This document shows, in pieces, positions 62,165 to 64,000 of a stretch of 64,000 nt of DNA. Each line of letters starts with the position of its first letter. Position 1 is the first letter of the stretch. A model generated the notes under the pieces. That model did no database searches. It was not told the origin of the DNA and saw only the letters and a list, made by a program, of their open reading frames with translations. The stretch comes from Solirubrobacteraceae bacterium (lineage in GTDB: Bacteria; Actinomycetota; Thermoleophilia; Solirubrobacterales; Solirubrobacteraceae), in NCBI GenBank assembly GCA_035483595.1, contig DATHPU010000008.1:7762-71761 (forward strand), written 5' to 3'. The position numbers and the translations under genes are program-made.

Positions 62165-62365
62165 TCAGCCCGTCGCGCGGAAGGATCCGCCTCGCGGAAC
62201 GAACGGGAGCTGATCGCTGCGCTCGTCGGCCGCGACCCTATGCTCAGCCAGATAGCTCGCAGCCCAGTCCGCCAGCGCGGCGGTCTGCGTGCTGTCACTG
62301 CGCGCGGCCAGCCGGCACATGCCCAACCCGAGCAGTGCGATCGCCACGGCGATTGCTGGAACCAA
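62165..62365 (-). CDS. Small hypothetical membrane protein
   Basis: Hydrophobic N-terminus then MCRLAARSD; weak TTG start. Confidence 0.35.
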   Translation of the reverse strand: MVPAIAVAIALLGLGMCRLAARSDSTQTAALADWAASYLAEHRVAADERSDQLPFVPRGGSFRATG

Positions 62366-62550
62366 GATGAACAGAACGATGACCTAAGGCTAGGCGATCC
62401 GCGGAAATGCCGCTGAACCACGAAGCCCCGCCCGGGCGTGGGCGCTACGCGGACCTACTGGACGCGCGCACGGCGAGGTCTGATCGAGCGAGCAGGGGCG
62501 GCATGTCTCCAGCCCCCGATCGCGCTCCGGGCCTGCCTGGCGTCAGCTCA

Positions 62551-63414
62551 TTACGCGGACTGCGGCAGCTTGACGGCGCCTCGGCGCCTGGCAGGCGCTG
62601 ACGGCGGTGGCACGACCGGGCCGATGTCGCCGTCGGGCGCCTCGTCCAGATCGACGATCACGGGGGCGTGATCGCTGGGTCCGGTGCCCTTGCGCGCCTG
62701 CCGGTCGATCCACGCCGCGCGCACCCTGTCGGCGACGGGCGCGGCGGCCAGCACCAGGTCGATGCGCATGCCGAGGTCCTGGTGGAACATCCCGGCGCGA
62801 TAGTCCCAGTAGGTGAACACGCGCTCGGCTGGCCACCGATCGCGCACTACGTCGCGCAGGCCCAGCTGCTGCAGCTCAGCGAGCGCTGCCCGCTCCGGCG
62901 CCGTGACATGGGTGTGTCCGACGTAGGCGGCCGGGTCGAACACGTCGATGTCGGCTGGCGCGATGTTCATGTCGCCGCACACCACGGCGTCCCCGGGACC
63001 GGCGCCGACCACGGCACGCAGCGCTGCCAGCCAGGCGAGCTTGTAACGGTAATGCTCAGAGTCCGGCTCACGGCCGTTGGGCACGTACACGCAGTACACC
63101 CGGATGCGGCCGCACGTGGCCGCCACCGAGCGCGCCTCCGGGTGCGGAAATCCCGGCGCACCGGCGAGCGCGGAAACGACGTCGTCGAGCCCGACCCGCG
63201 AGAGGATCGCCACCCCGTTCCACTGCGCCTCGCCATGGCGGGCGAACGCGTAGCCGCGGCCGGCGAGCTCCTCGCCGAGCAGCTCGTCGAACGCGCCGTC
63301 CGTGAGCTTGGTCTCCTGCAGGCACACGACGTCCGGCTGGCGCTCGTCGAGCCACGCCAGCAGCCGCGGCATCCGCTGCTTGACCGAGTTCACGTTCCAG
63401 GTGGCCACGCGCAC
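62551..63414 (-). CDS. xth: Exodeoxyribonuclease III
   Basis: TWNVNS, LQETK, YVPNG, GDMN, WDYR, RID, SDHAP. Confidence 0.95.
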   Translation of the reverse strand: MRVATWNVNSVKQRMPRLLAWLDERQPDVVCLQETKLTDGAFDELLGEELAGRGYAFARHGEAQWNGVAILSRVGLDDVVSALAGAPGFPHPEARSVAATCGRIRVYCVYVPNGREPDSEHYRYKLAWLAALRAVVGAGPGDAVVCGDMNIAPADIDVFDPAAYVGHTHVTAPERAALAELQQLGLRDVVRDRWPAERVFTYWDYRAGMFHQDLGMRIDLVLAAAPVADRVRAAWIDRQARKGTGPSDHAPVIVDLDEAPDGDIGPVVPPPSAPARRRGAVKLPQSA

Positions 63415-63424
63415 GTGGCGTAGG

Positions 63425-64000
63425 CTAGCGACAGGCCCTCGCCCCGTTGACGACGCGGTCGCGTCCTGAGCGCTTGGCCTCGTACAGCCGCTGGTCGGCC
63501 GAACGCGTGAGCGCTGCGAGCTGGTCGGGGTCGTCGGTGGAGGCGACGCCCACGCTGGCGGTGACGGTCAGCCCCGCGACGACCTGCTCCCATGGCTCGC
63601 CGCGCAGGCGCTGACGGATTCGCTCGCAGCACGCGGCGGCGGCATTCACCTCTGTGCCCGGCATCAGCACGAGGAACTCCTCGCCGCCGCTGCGGACGAC
63701 GACGTCCTGCTGACGGAGAACCTCGCACAGCAGCGCGGCCACGCGTACGAGCACGTGGTCGCCGATCTCGTGCCCGAAGCGGTCGTTGATCGACTTGAAG
63801 TGGTCCAGGTCGATGATCGCCAGACTGAACCAGTCGCCGCGCTGCTCGGTGGCGAGACGCTCGAGCTCGCGCGCGAAGTAGCGGCGGTTGTGCAAACCGG
63901 TGAGCCAGTCGCGCTCGGCCTGCTCCCGGAGCTGGCCCTGGAGGACTTCGAGCTCGCCCGCGCGACACTCGAGCTCGCTGTGCGCGTCGGCGAGCTGCCG
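63425..64000 (-). CDS. Diguanylate cyclase, C-terminal GGDEF domain (5' end outside window)
   Basis: DWLTGLHNRR, DLDHFKSINDRFGH, RSGGEEF, LYEAKRSGRD. Confidence 0.92.
   Translation of the reverse strand, partial: RQLADAHSELECRAGELEVLQGQLREQAERDWLTGLHNRRYFARELERLATEQRGDWFSLAIIDLDHFKSINDRFGHEIGDHVLVRVAALLCEVLRQQDVVVRSGGEEFLVLMPGTEVNAAAACCERIRQRLRGEPWEQVVAGLTVTASVGVASTDDPDQLAALTRSADQRLYEAKRSGRDRVVNGARACR

Overview
High-GC chromosomal segment, most consistent with a Thermoleophilia/Solirubrobacterales actinobacterium (inferred from gene content, not verified by search). It is mostly housekeeping: purB/purE, dnaK-grpE-dnaJ-hspR-clpB, argF-rlmD, thiOSG/thiE, a pyruvate dehydrogenase plus lipoate cluster, tkt-tal, acyl-CoA dehydrogenases and xth. 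Small toxin-antitoxin islets, three collagen-like secreted paralogues and a decayed region near 59.6-60.4 kb are interspersed. No CRISPR array, rRNA, prophage or intact transposase was seen. Three candidates for something new stand out. (1) A 96-nt tRNA-like gene (51058-51153, minus) has a UUC (Glu) anticodon on an Arg/Lys-type body and a 31-nt D-loop that folds into an extra hairpin arm, with its own predicted promoter and palindrome. (2) An inositol-lipid operon (ino1, PIP synthase, Aur1/IPC-synthase-like enzyme, polytopic membrane protein) includes a PimA-acceptor-domain::PHP fusion that could be a PIP phosphatase. (3) A secreted Pro/Glu-rich protein ends in ERPG-stop, and the stop region base-pairs with the Shine-Dalgarno of the downstream STAS gene, an arrest-peptide-like attenuator layout. 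All functional calls come from motif recognition by eye.
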